In this document: positions 23,701-37,103 of the stretch, piece by piece
Layout of the letters: each line of letters starts with the position of its first letter
How positions within the stretch are numbered: position 1 is the first letter of the stretch
From: Setoptus koraiensis
Lineage: Eukaryota > Animalia > Arthropoda
DNA: 64,000 nt
Reading direction: 5' to 3'
NCBI GenBank assembly: GCA_048013815.1
Contig: CM106586.1
Location: forward strand, 7,254,001-7,318,000
Made by a program: the position numbers and the translations under genes
Notes under the pieces: generated by a model
The model's input: only the letters and a program-made list of their open reading frames with translations
Database searches by the model: none
Told to the model about the DNA's origin: nothing

Positions 23701-26700
23701 CATTAGACGGCTGTCCATGTAACCACAATCATGTCAAATTTAGTGACAAGCAAAGATTCCACTCAAAGTCGGCTGGTCAGCGGGGCCGAGGGCAACGAAA
23801 TTGACGACAAAATTGATTCGGGCCATACAAGCTAATGCGCTCGTTGAAAGCGCAAGACGCCAGGCCAAGAAATGGCGCCGCGAAATATCCGTCGCTATAT
23901 GCAACACACGAGGCGCGCTCGTCCGGCTTGCCGCTGCCGGTTATGCAATGTGCTCATGTGCGTTTTGATGAAAAGAGAGCGAAATGCTGCAAGTCGCCGC
24001 AATTGAATTTCACATGCGATTCGATCGGGCTGTAGCAAGTATTCGCATTCGAGCATTTTGAGCGAGCCCAACAGCAACTATCGCGAAGAGGAACAACGAC
24101 GACCACGACAACAAGTTTGGCACTGGCAACAGATATAAACAACTATCATCAGTTATTTTCCAGCTCGAGACAGTAATTCCTGCAACGACCAAATGGCCGC
24201 GCACAATCCAGTTACACAAACGGCAAACGCGAGCCAGACTGACTGACTGACTGACCGACCGACTGACTGGCTCACAAATCTTATTTGTGCCAGTGTGTGT
24301 GTGCTTGCTAATCAAGTCAATAAATGAGAGCGACTTCTTGCCCGTCGGACTCTTGCCCGTCGGACACTGGCTCGGGGCCCCGGGCTAAATCCGCGGACCG
24401 CGGCCGGCCAGATAGATCCGGCGCTCGTGTAACAGTTGCACATTAATCTCTCGCTCGCTCTGTCGCTTACGTGCGCCGCCCGTGCTGCCCAACAAAGTGC
24501 GCGCCCAGAGAAAAGATGATTAATCGAGTCATGATTGCCTCGCTGGCTTGTTACGTGATGTAATGTGTTCATTTAGTCAGTTGGCCGGCCGGCCGGCCGG
24601 CCCTCAAGACAATGGGGGCCACATCAGTGAGCCGCTCACTCGGCCACCACTTATGTCCGACTGTGCCTGCGCATGTTGCACGCGCGCGCGCGTCTTGGCG
24701 AAATTGTCAGAGCAAACAGCGCAAACGGGGCCCAGTGCGAACAGAATCAAACGAGCCGACTGCAATTGAAGTCGTCCGAAATTAAATAACAATTTAAACT
24801 CTGCGCTTATCTGTGCAGCCGCTCGCTTGGGCGCTCTGCTGTCGAATATAGACTCCATTCATGAATGGAGCGCCGATCCGCAACTTGTACAACTTGCCAC
24901 AACACACACACACACACACACAATGACAAAATGAAACAACGCACATCCGGTTTCTCGATTTCGCTGCTGTTGGCGCTGTCACGAGACGCGCCGCGACGCA
25001 ACATTCGTGGATATAGGCAGTGTGGCGTAACTGTGTCGCAACGGTTTGCCAGAACGCGGGGCCAGTGGCTGTGCGGCAATATCGTGTGCCGTTGTATCAT
25101 TAGCACTCATTATCATTATCTCCGACGCTTCGATACTACTAATGCCGCCGCCGCGTGTTTATCTAGCTGAGCGATCTAATCTGCTGATTGCTGCCATTTG
25201 TCTGACGGGCTGCGTGGCCGGCCAACTTCGTTTCACTGCAAAGTTGCTGCCGTAGTCGCGTTGTCGTTGTTGCTATCTAATGTCGATGGTGTCGCCGTTA
25301 TATAATGTCTGCTGCAACCCTTTAAAGTTAATTTCACTTTTTCAGGCGCTTTTTCAGCGCGCTCTCGCTCGCTTATTCATCCGCGACAGCATGTGGGCCC
25401 GCTGAGCATTTGTCAACAAAGTGAATAATAATGAAAACAGAGCAGCGCGACAATAACGACGCCTCCGACGACACAAATTGACACCCAAAGTCGTCCAATT
25501 TACAACACTCTCGCACCAGCCAAAACAATGTCGCTGCGTGCATGCCATAATTAAGTGATTTGGCACCACCAACAGCCGGTAAATTATCCCCAACAGCCCT
25601 AGGTGCTGCTGTCGCTATACTCAGCCTATAGTATATAGTTGGCCAGCCTTGATGGGCTCGTAGCGGCGCTAAAAGCTAAAATTTCCCGCGGCGATGTGCG
25701 CCCAATGTCCAATGTGCATTGGCGCGCGGCTAGGTGCGCTGGAATGAGCGCATTAATAGACGCAAATTGCGCCAGTCCCCGCAAAGCGTAACTAGTCACT
25801 AGATGTGTCATATCTTTATTAGGGAGCATCACCGCGTGATGAAGGCTGCAGGCTTTGCAACCGTCAAAAGCCATTACATTGTAATTAATATTTATGTCTA
25901 CTCTCCGGTCAGCACACACACACACATTTCTCTGGATATCCCCCGATACTGCAGGTCACTGGTGGCCACCGGGGGGCCCTCCGTCGGCCGGGGACAAGTG
26001 ATAATTATCATTGGAGCATTAGCATGCCAGTTGAGGCCGACCACTGTTGCGCACCAAAAATAGAGTGTGCGAGCGGCATAAACTCATCAGCTTGTGACAA
26101 CTACTGGACGATAATCATAATTAATGCGTTCATTTAGATTTGGATATTTATATCTATATCATGCAACGGTGATGTTATGTTGATTGAGATTGTTGTTGTT
26201 GTTGTTGTTTGGAATTGCGTAATTGCCTCCAGAAATAGCAACGGCGATATCGCCCACAAGCAATCACAGTTGAAGCGGCGGTATGAAGCGGAGTTGGTGG
26301 GCAGAGCACAGAGGCGTTCTACTCAGTCTGTTTTTTTTTTTTTTCATTTCGCCAAATAAAGTTCCTCTTCGAACAAACAAGTTCTTTTGCGGGAAACAGA
26401 CTGAAGATCTCGGAAAAGTTGGAGATGATAATCAAATGAAATAGTAATGGCAATATAATTAGTGCCACATAGATGGCACCGATACCCGAGCGCGAGCTCA
26501 TGTTTCTCTCTCTCTCTCTCTAATCGGAAACTACAGAGACACAAACAAAGATTTGCGTTCAATTCACGCCTCTCATGATACATTAATATCATTTGTTGTA
26601 AAAAACGTGCCGGCGCCCCATCGGTGCAGTCAGCAGCCGGCAGCAGCAGCTAGCGCAATCATATTAGCACCTTAAGTGCTCAAAACCAACTTATCAGTGT

Positions 26701-27147
26701 TTCGCTTCTCTGGTTCCGACCATGCCAGCCTCAAACAAAACCAATTCCGTCCAGCAATTGGAGCACGCTGCATCCAAATTGAGGCACGGGCGCAGCGGTC
26801 GAAAGTCGCCCATTTGGCCCTTTTGGTCCATTTAGGCGACTGGCAAATAAATCTAGCAAGTGGCGAACTATCAAGCGGCTCATCAATGAGCTAATCTTTA
26901 TCGCGCTTTAGCCAGTGTTTGTGTGTTATATAATTGAAATAGAAAGAAGGGCTACAATTGCGACCGACCAACAACACTGCCGCTATTCTATTTGGCGGCA
27001 AAGGTGAGAGCGTCGTTGTCTGTGCGTTAATTTAGTCGATGGTCTTATCAGAGGCTCGATATCTATCACATAATCTCAGGACTTGATCTAGGAGAAAAAC
27101 GAAAGAGCGACAAGATCCCCGCAATGAGATCGATGTATCTGTAATGT

Positions 27148-27148
<1 letters not shown>

Positions 27149-27185
<37 letters not shown>

Positions 27186-27189
27186 TCTC
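27149..27189. repeat. (CT)n microsatellite
   Basis: Direct reading. Confidence 0.9.
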
Positions 27190-30100
27190 GCCTGGTCGCT
27201 GTGATACAATGAGGGAGAGAACATGACTGGCTACAAAGATTGAAAGTGATAACTAATCTAGGACACATCCACCCACAGATAGGAAAAGAATAAAGACACA
27301 CGAGAGAGAAAACACGTACATAGCGTCTTATTGGCCTTTTTAGTGGCGCCGGCGACGGCGCAAGATTGCCCTCACAGCTCATGATACACCACGGGTCCAG
27401 GAGAACGCGCACTGGCTGGCCGGGATTTCACATGTATGCCGAGGGGAACGTGATGAGAAATTCTTCATCAAATTCGAGCGCCAGCTAGGAGCTTTCTTTT
27501 TTGTTTCTTCGCCGCTCAATACGCTTCCAACTGGCATAGACTAATCGACAACTGGGCAGGCGAGACGCACAACGATATGGAACGGAACAGAGCAAAGGAT
27601 CGGCGGAAAAGAGCGCCGCATCAGTTCGTTTCATTTCAGCTCATTGGCGGCCTATCGACGTCTAAACTAATGCCAACTTGCAATAGCGGGCCCAGAAATT
27701 CGCCACCAGCAACGGGCAAGAACTAATGCATCCGCAATGAAGTAAATAGTGTAATTTTGTTAGATTACTCAGTTTGGAACTACCGACGCTCCGACACCAG
27801 CCAGCAATATATATATATATATATATATCGAATAGCGAGAATGGAGATGGGGAGGAAGTGAGTGTCAACCGCAGAACAGTCACGATTTCATCAGATATCC
27901 ATTTAGATGGCGGCACACACACACACACCATCTAGCACCATCCTCAATTGTGTTGTTGTGCATTCTTATACTATAGAAAGAGCGGATATACACGGAAGCT
28001 GATCATGACAGAGATTCACTCTCTGATCTAAGACAAGTAAAAGTTTGTAATTGTCTCATAGGCCCCACTTTACCATGTGCGCACAGTATTGTGTGTCTGC
28101 TCAAGATTCTCGTGTATATGCTATACATACAGATATAAGAATGGCATACACAAAAAGAAGGGGAAGGGCAAAATATAAGAAGGCCCCACGAGAAACTCGA
28201 GAAATCCCAGAGAGGCAGATTCATTTGCCGTTGTTAGCCCTGTCATGGCGCAACAGGATACGCGCGAAGGATCTAGATCGTCGTATTTTGTCATGTATAA
28301 AATTCATTTCACTACTAACGGGATAAATAGATTGCTGCTTGCAAAGGGGTGAAACTTTTTCAACATAATTATATAACTCTGAAGATGATAATAATGATAA
28401 TAATAATACATGAATGTGGATGGCACCGAGTGAGATTGAGCTGCCCCTGAGAGCGCGTTGTTGTTTTTGTCAGCTAAATTAAACGTCAGTGAATGTCATT
28501 AGCAGGCGAATTAATTTTAATTAATTTTGCCATCACTACTACACTTAATTGTCGGTGCTCAACATTGCTGTGCGTCTGTAATGCTTCAGCGGCTGCAATT
28601 AGCATTGTCAGCCACTATTTGGGTTACATTTGCAACAAATCACGGTGGCCAATTCCGTGGGGGGCGGGGGCGGAAATAGCGCCGGCACACAAAGATCTGC
28701 TGTCTTGATTATATTGGCAGAGTCAAAGATATGTTTGTTTGGTGTAGCGTTCATGGGGCGCTGTTTGGGTTAGTTAGTTTAGACAGCAGCAATTCTTTTA
28801 TCTAAACTTGTACCTCATTGGTGCCGCGAGGCCGTGGCCCCATATTGCCGCTCAGTTGTCATTGTCGTTTTTCTTGATAATACTTGACTGAGCACAATGG
28901 CGCAATTATTGTGATGACAAGACTGGAGGGCCAATGTCGGCAGCGTGCGCGTCGCATGGTTCAAGATGACACGAGGCCAGCCACTACAGCAGAACAGCGA
29001 ATCTGGATCTCTACAAATATTGTCGGTTGTTTGAGCCACGGGCCAAATACGACGCTGACATACTGCGTCCGACTGCTTGAAAGAATCATAACTATTTTGG
29101 GGCTCGCCCACTGTATTTTGGGGCGCCGCGCTCGCTGTAGATAAACAACAACTTGCGCTGGCTAGACTGTGCGAGATTTTGAGTTGTTGTTTGTTGTCGA
29201 TGTCATTGTTATCGTGCCTCATGGTACTGCCAAAGTGCACAGTATATACACTCTAGTGGTAGTTGGGTTTTCGGTGAGAAGAAAAGAAGTCGCTGCTGCA
29301 AAAGATGGAGAATTATATTTATAATGCATTTCATCACATGCGAACAACAAAAGACAGCGCCATTTTTGAGTATTTGCTGCCGCTGCCGCTGCTGCTGGCT
29401 TGCCTTCTCAAATCGCACACTCGCTGGCTGCTGATAAATAAAAAGATGAGTGAATACAAATTGACAGTGATGATATGTCACATCATATCAGTTTGCCCAA
29501 AATGACATGCCCGGCTAGCGCTAGATGATGCTACTATGGCAACCTACTGCTGGCAATTGATCTGGCTTTTGAATTTATTTCATAAGATATCAACTACAAG
29601 CGGTGTAGTTCTCAAGAGTTGTAGTTGCTGTGATATGAGTGCCGCTGCTGCCAAATACTGCAAGGCAAACCGATTTACGTAACGGAAAGGAGTGGAGTGG
29701 AGTGTCCCATCATTAGAGTATAAGTTGAGAGTTGATGATACTCTGGCTGTCGCTGTCGCTTTTGCTGTTGTCGTTGTGTCTGTCTGCGTGTTGTGTGGCT
29801 GGCAAGTAGCTCGATATTGGTGGCCCTCTCAAGCGTTAGCGTCTGATGATTATGATGACATGCGATGATGATGGTAAATGAGACAAGATCGCTGCAATGT
29901 GCGCGATAACGGCCATCAGCCGACCAACAGCAGTGACAGCAGTGAACGTCGACGACCCTGAACACTGTTGCATAACAGTGGCCAGCCAATATTAGCCGTT
30001 TATTATTGCCGCTGCATAATAATAGCACAATTACTCAATTATAGCAGAATGCTGGCACGCTGATATAACTGAACTAATAGTATAATAACTAATAACAACG

Positions 30101-30235
30101 CAGTGCTGTAACATAATGTTGGCCAGATATCACAGGAGCCCGTGAGGCGAGAAACAACTTGTGTGCGAAACGCATCCAATGTTTTTAATGAAATATTCTG
30201 ATTGCGTCTATCTACAGACGCGCATATTGACTTAC

Positions 30236-30453
30236 CCAGGGCTGTCTGGCCCATGCTGGCCTGACCGTTTTGAAACATGATCCATAGGTCCACGACGCTT
30301 ACTATGAGTAGGTGCACAATTAACTTGTTGTTGCTGTTGTTTCTGTTCACAATGTTGCTTGGGCTTGCTGTTGGTCGGCTTGCGACAAACGGCCGCCTGT
30401 TTGTGTTGCGCCAATTCATTTTCTATCAATATCTTGCTATCAGCTTGATTCAT
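30236..30453 (-). CDS. Putative orphan first coding exon ending at a consensus GTAAGT donor (partner exons not found)
   Basis: Two ATG-initiated frames (30453 MNQADSK...QQQQQ...DSPG; 30419 MNWRN...LIVHLLIVSVVDLWIMFQNGQASMGQTALG) both run to CCTGG|GTAAGT at 30236/30235. No homology recognised. Confidence 0.3.
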
Positions 30454-30572
30454 TCATTTACCTGTTGTGTGGTTGCTTGCTTGACCACAGTCGACCATTG
30501 GCACTGGTAACTTTCGTTGATTGTCGTTGATTATTTAATTATGATCCATTCACTGTATCATCCTATTCTTAT

Positions 30573-30673
30573 TTGTATTTTGTATTTCGTATGTTGTATT
30601 TTGTATCTTGTATTTTGTATTTTGATATTTTATATCTTGTATTTCAAATTTCAAATTTCGTATCTTGTATTTT
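30573..30673. repeat. Degenerate heptamer repeat (TTGTATT)n
   Basis: ttgtattttgtatttcgtatgttgtattttgtatcttgtatttt... Confidence 0.85.
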
Positions 30674-33600
30674 GTGTGTTTGCGCTGGCTTGTCTTCTCG
30701 AACTCATTCAAATGGCGCTGCGCTCACGTTTGGGGTTCGCGTGGCGCCATAGCTGCCCGTCGATGATTCACTCATGTAGATCGTTAAATGAGTCACCTTC
30801 TTGATTGATTGAATTGATGTCTATTGTTGTCGTTGGTTTAGCTTTTTGTTGAAAGTCGCTATTGCATAATACGCATTTCGTCGAGCTTGATTTCTCACTC
30901 ACTTGATTAATTGTAACACTGGATATAATAATTGCACTGGTATCATATTAATTGATTTGATTTATTTGGTATTTTGGTAATTATGTAATTTCTAAAGTAA
31001 TTTGCAAACTGCATCTTAACAGGCCAACGCTAACTAACAATTGAATGAGCAGAGCAGAATGTTCAGCAATAATGTTCGAGTGTGTGTGTGTGCCGTCGAA
31101 CTAATGCAAACCGGATCGAACTCGCTGAATCGAACAATCGCCATGCATGTTGCACGAGCGCATGCGTTGTTTTGCAAATCGCAATTGGTGTGCGCGCAGT
31201 GCATGCGAATCGTGCGCGTTGTGCGCATTTATTCCATTCGGGACAACTCACACAGTGTGAGTCTCATGGTGTCACATGACGACCAACAACTTATGGGAGC
31301 GCAATCAATTTGTTCGAAACAACGCTCCAGCAAAATGGAACTTTCTTCATGATTCCATGCCGAAACTGCAGCCAAAATCGAACTTTCGTGGCAAAAAGCG
31401 AAAAATGCCACAAACCAGCCAAAACCAACCAAAAACTAGCGTGCTCACAAGCCGGATCAGCTGTTCCGTTTGATCAGCAGGGTGATGCCACGTCGATGTT
31501 GCCATGAATTCGATAATGTCATCCGGGGCCAATACCTGGAAATACCCGCGCCTGGAGCGGGGTGCTTGCTGGCCGCCGCTGGACTGCAATTGCTTGTGGG
31601 GCGGGGCAAGCCGCGGCTGGTGGTCCCAGATGAGTCGACCCACAGAGTCTTGGCTAAATAATAAATGAGCTAACGAACGTGCGCTTCTGTTTTGTTTTGT
31701 CTCATCGAAAACTCTCAACACGTTGAGCGGTGCAAGCGGTCGGCACGATTCATGGTGTGACTAATGGCAACATTGTTGCTGTATCAAGATAATGACGACC
31801 AACAGAGTAATGAATCACCTGTATGCTCGGCCACGGCGCAATCACAGTTGGCCGGCCTGGTAGCGAGCGGCCGTGATCGATGAGCTAGCCGCTCGCAGCA
31901 AACAATTAAATGCGCGCATTTGATTATGTTGTTGTCGCTTCAATGAATTGCCACAACTGGCCCGGCAACTACCACACGCAAGGTGGGTGATCTATGGCTC
32001 ACCGTTTGTCCGTGGCTCATAGCAACTCTCGCCGATGTTTGTTGTGGCAACGACCGCAGGTGGCAATGGCGCCGTGACCACTGCACCTGAGACAGTGAAC
32101 GCCGACTTGTGAGAAGGGCATCACCTAAAAAATAAATTCACTTCTTATCTCTGCAGTGTGTGTGCTGTAATCGCCAGCCATGATGCTCGTCGGCCACAGC
32201 ATTGTTCGCCCATTGCCAGTTGCGAAGCAAATCCGCAAATGTGAGCAAGTAAACAATGATGATGCAATTAGTTGGTCACTGCGAAGATGCCACTCATTTG
32301 CACTGTGTGCACTTGCCATTGATTAAGATTATCATTATTATTATTATTATTATTGCTATCATTATGACTTGCAATAATGATAGCAATAATAGCGCAGCTC
32401 GACAGAGCGACTCCCAACCGACTAGAGGCGAGATTCTAAGTCGGCAAAGCAAAGTCAAACTGTGCGCGATCTTGAATATTTAATGGCAAACAAACAAACA
32501 GTGGGTAATCAATTCAAAATAAGCATATATAATATTCATTAGCCGCACTATCAAATGTGCCGCGACGAGTGGACGTGATTGATTGTGCGCCCGGTGAAAC
32601 AACCGGTCTTAACCAGCAACCAATATATCCGATAAACAGAATAATATAATATCCGATGAATGGAGATATCGCTAATGATATTTGTATCATATCGCTCATG
32701 CTAATAGCACTTGTATTTTGTGGGTGGCACACACCACTATGTAAGCAAATATTGTCATGTTGATGATATATGATGGCATGATGCATTGCGTCTGGCTTGT
32801 TGGCTGGTGCGTCGTGAACATAAATTATGACAACAACAAGAGACGGCAATACGCAATCAATACACTTGCATCATTACTTGCTGCCCAACAGAGACGCCGA
32901 CAAGAGAATTGATGCTGCTGGGAACAGTTGCTCTGCTGCTGAATCACGTAACGACAATTCATACGACCATTATTAATAGATATAGATGGTAACGAGTTGT
33001 TGCAACTTGCAAGGGGAAAGAACTTGATTGAATCAACTGAAAAACAAGCTCCCTCAGTCACAGATTGTTGACAAGAGAATCGGCACCCACTTTAAGTGGT
33101 CTTGTCCCTGCGGCAAGCTTCTTGGAAGTTGGCTGCACCCATGGCCGACCCTGAGCCCACTTCTGACGAGAGTGCATTGCGACGCGTCTGAGACACTCCC
33201 TGTGAACGCTCGGCCCCTAGAATGGCCAACAATTAGCCTTGATCCCGCTGCAGACGATTCATGCGTTTTGTCGTGTCCGTCGTCGTCGTCGTCGTCGTCT
33301 ATCACGTCTGGCCCAATGGCATTGAGTCGATCATTTGACGACAACTCCGGTCCCAATTGTATCGATGATTGTGATCACGTCATTGAGGCAACGCGAAGCC
33401 CCCGCTCCCATGCCAGAAGGCACGTTAGGCTGTTGGGCCTCGTTGCACTGCCGCTGCCGGTTGCTCGCCCGATCTCACCCAATGTGCTCTGGTACTCTGG
33501 TGCCTTCTTCCGGACACTATGTTAACTCGCGTTGTGCCAACATGCGCGCTTGCACAAGTTGCCTCTGCCATACAGTTGTAGTTGACTAACGCTCTCGTCA

Positions 33601-36600
33601 GTTGAAGTTGGTGCGAACAACTTATCTATACTCTGTGTTTCGTGGGCAACAACTAATGAACATTGCGCAATCAGCGTTAATTAATATTCAGCGTATCATG
33701 CATCAATTATTCGGCACACACACACAAGGCAGTATATCGCATTATATTATTGCGATCATAGCGTCGCATAGAGTGTAGAGGTTGATTGCGGCGAACAGCA
33801 TCACAAGTAACATTCGTGGGAACACGAGTGCCTCCTATGGAGATGTAAATCTGACCACAGATAATTGTTCTCCACAAATGGAGGGCCTTTTCGGCGAGGG
33901 CAGCTGGCAGCGTTCGACATGTTGAGCGTGCTTGTAACTGTCTGACTGGCGCGCAGACACTGGGAACCTTGTCCAGGTCGTGCTTGCATCGAGGCGTTCA
34001 CAACTTGTGAGTCACAAGTTAATCGCAGCCCCTAAGAATCACGGCCGACGGATATTCTTGGACTCATAACTCGTCGCGACTCGCGCCGCGTTCTGACCGT
34101 TCGAATCGGGCGCTCTATGATGGCGCACTCTCACAGGTTATCTAACCACTTGCAGTAACAACCTTGATTCAAGATGATTGTGGCAGCAGTCAGTTACTTG
34201 GCGCATTTCGTAAGATTAACAAGACCATTGTAGCGACGGGACTTGTGACATACGAGCGGATCGCAACCATCGACGGCGAACAGAGGACGGGAGTCGTCTT
34301 GTCACACGACTCTTGCGTGAGGCTTGTATAAGTGCGAATACTCGAAAAATTATTCAATGGTGACAATTGGCAAAATTGATGATCGAGTCCCATTGTAGCG
34401 GGCAAAGTGAGGCTCCACATAAGAATCGACTTCGATTGGGCCCAAAGGAGTCAGTCAGCTCTCGTCTGGTTAGACCGTTGTCGGCTAACTGTATGTGAGA
34501 CTAGAACGCCATCTCTATTAGTGTTGCAATACCAACACACAACAACGGATCGTTGTTTATTGTGTGTTGCTGCATTTACAGTGTATTGCAATAAACAACA
34601 ACACTTGCCCGAAATATGGCGCACGTTGTGCCAGGCCCAGTTGTATTGGGGCCATATTGCGCGTCTCCGGCTAGACTGGCTGTTTGACTAAACCGGCTAA
34701 CGGTGCGACACAACATACAAACACGATGAAATAAGCATATCCAATTGGGCGCAACTGACTAAAGGTTCATTCATAACATATTTAACATAACTCTTGTGTC
34801 CCCCTTTGTCGCGCTAACTTATTCTTGCCGGCTATTCATCTGTCAAGACGCGCCTCACCAGCGGCTGCGAAAGCCCACAACTGCCTGCACTACATCAGTC
34901 GCAAGACGAGCACGTTTCGTCGGTCAATATGGCAAGACAGACAGAGAGAGAGAGAGAGAGAGGGAGCGTTATTGAAAGTATCCCAGATGACCAGAGTAAG
35001 TATTGCGGAGTATGAAGGGAGAAGGCGAACAAAGGCAGGCGCAAGCTGGCAGTGGCATGAAATGGAGTCAAGGTAGGGGCGTCATTGTGCCTGAGCAGTG
35101 GCGCCGCTGGCCTGGCCAATGATCGATCATGATAGCGGCCATATTCAAAATAGCAGCCAGCAAGCATCGACATTTCTCGTAAATGAGTTTCTCCGGACTC
35201 TGAAGTCTAGAGGCGCTGCTTCGAATATCTGGTGGTTTCGCGGACAACCTGTTCTCGGCGCAAATATCTGGCCGTCGGGTTGTCCGTTGCTGCTGGCTGC
35301 CTATGGGCCGCAACTTCCCCTGAGCGAGCTCAAACACTTTCAAGGCTGGCCACTTCTCGGGTGACAATCGCGCGATGCTCATCAACCAATTAGACAGCGA
35401 TAATGAATGCTCGCCAACACGAACAACCCCATATTGCTGGTGACGACACATCAGCGAGTGGGTGACGTCAAGTTGCTTTCAAAATTTGATTGGTTTATGT
35501 TGAGCGACAATCTTCATCGCGATTGCAAAAGCGTCAACAAGCGCTCGCCATTTGGCAATTTTGTTTGCACTGACTGTACAAGGTCGCCCGTTGTAACTCG
35601 TTGCGAAAGGGTTGAATTATCCGGATTGGATATGTTGACCGGCGTCGTTCGTTGTTGTTTGCCAAGCGCACAAATGTTGTATTTGTTCGAGGTGAAAAAA
35701 TCACTGGCAAGCTATTCATAACATATTTATTGATTTAGACGAAGATGCTCGAGGCGGCCGAGTAACTTTGCTGCGAAAAATCAATTTCGAAAAGTGCGCA
35801 AAGTTGGTGGTGCGCGCACACTGTCCGAATGCGCGGATACACCGTACCGAGTTGTGTAACCGTGTCCCGACTGTTGCGGGCACAAAACAGTTATGCACAA
35901 CGAAGAACCCGAGAGACGGTGATTCGCAAAATGTCGCAACTTGTATGATGGTGGCGATATATCCGCCAATATCTTGGACAGTTCCCTCGAGCTTATCGTG
36001 GAATTCAGCGATAGTTTTATCGGGCGGTTTTTCTGCGAACGCGGGGGTGGGCGCGGTCTGGAATGTCGGATACCCGCGCTCGCACGTTTCAGTACAGTGC
36101 AGTGTCGGTAAATAAAGTCACTTTTGCAGTATTGTACGAGCTGAGAACTCCAATACAGTTCAGAATTCGCTCCAAGAGCGTGTGAGCATGCGCAATGGTG
36201 GTGTTTTTCACCACTTTCAGCGAGTGGTGTAGCTCAAGAACGCAGATACAATCGAACACACGGACGCACATACACGTACTTAGGAACATATGTACAAACA
36301 GGCAAACGCACATACACGGAGGCACAGAATTGGGCAAGCTAACGTAGTGGAGGATCGCATCCTTTTCTAGTTGGTCATGTTCTCCTGAGGCACAGAACGT
36401 GCTATTCGCAACAAAATCGAACGCACGCAAAACCATGTTCAGTGGTGAAATGAATTGTAGATTCGTGCTCGCGAAACAGCCAAGTTACGTTATGTGCTGC
36501 CTGTGGCATAATTAGCACATTCACGATGCACATCACAACTCAAGTGTACTGTGTGAGTGTTTTCCCTTACTCATACACTTAGTTGGCGAAAAATCCGCCA

Positions 36601-36989
36601 GGGCGGCGTCGCACAGCTTTCTGCAGTGTCAGTGCGAGTGTGTGTGCACTATCAACTAACTCATGTACCAGCCCACATAAACAACATGAATAGCCCAGTG
36701 CAGTGGGTGACTCGCTAGAAAAACCTTCGCTTCATTACTCAATAATGACGACTATAAACTGTATCAGTGAAAACGAATCAACTCCGTACTCGTACTCGCT
36801 GGCGCTTGTTTCTCTCCGCTGCTTGGGAGCGCCTCTAGTGCGACTCGACCAAACTAAGTTTGCATACGGTGGAAATATATCACACAGAATGCAAACACTT
36901 TATAGCGTAGTGCATTGGTTCACCAACACCTCCAAGGACCCTGTGACTTGTTTACATCTTTCGTGTGTACTGATGAAGAAAGCGAGCAC

Positions 36990-37095
36990 TATTATTATTA
37001 TTATTATTATTACTATTATTATTACTATTATCATCATTATTATTATTATTATCATCATTCTTTAGTAATATTATTATTATCATTGTTATTATTAT
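36990..37095. repeat. (TAT)n/(CAT)n microsatellite in the putative unk 5' UTR
   Basis: Direct reading, immediately upstream of ATG 37104. Confidence 0.9.
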
Positions 37096-37103
37096 CGTTG
37101 GAC

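Larger units (their letters stand above)
1..26000. other. Long GC/CpG-rich non-coding region (gene desert or giant intron) with dense GGGCCC/GCCGGC palindromes and mini-tandem repeats
   Basis: All ORFs in the track here are Arg/Ala/Pro/Gly-rich, overlap on both strands and lack recognisable domains. Base composition is visibly more GC-rich than 26-41 kb. Confidence 0.6.

Noticed and set aside
28727-28737. AGATATGTTTG, matching the 5' end of miR-190
   Set aside because: The match stops after 11 nt and I see no convincing hairpin.
29628-29635. TATCACAG (miR-2 family 5' end) on the minus strand
   Set aside because: Seed-only match; the rest does not resemble miR-2/13 and the pairing is discontinuous.
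33000-36700. Compositionally neutral block as a possible transposon or pseudogene relic
   Set aside because: No RT, integrase or transposase motifs and no terminal repeats were recognisable in any listed or hand-read frame.
36915-37103. N-terminal extension of Unkempt in the ORF track (poly-Tyr/His, LLL stretch)
   Set aside because: It starts at TTG and is translated TAT/CAT microsatellite. The ATG at 37104 aligns exactly with the copy-2 ATG at 39030.
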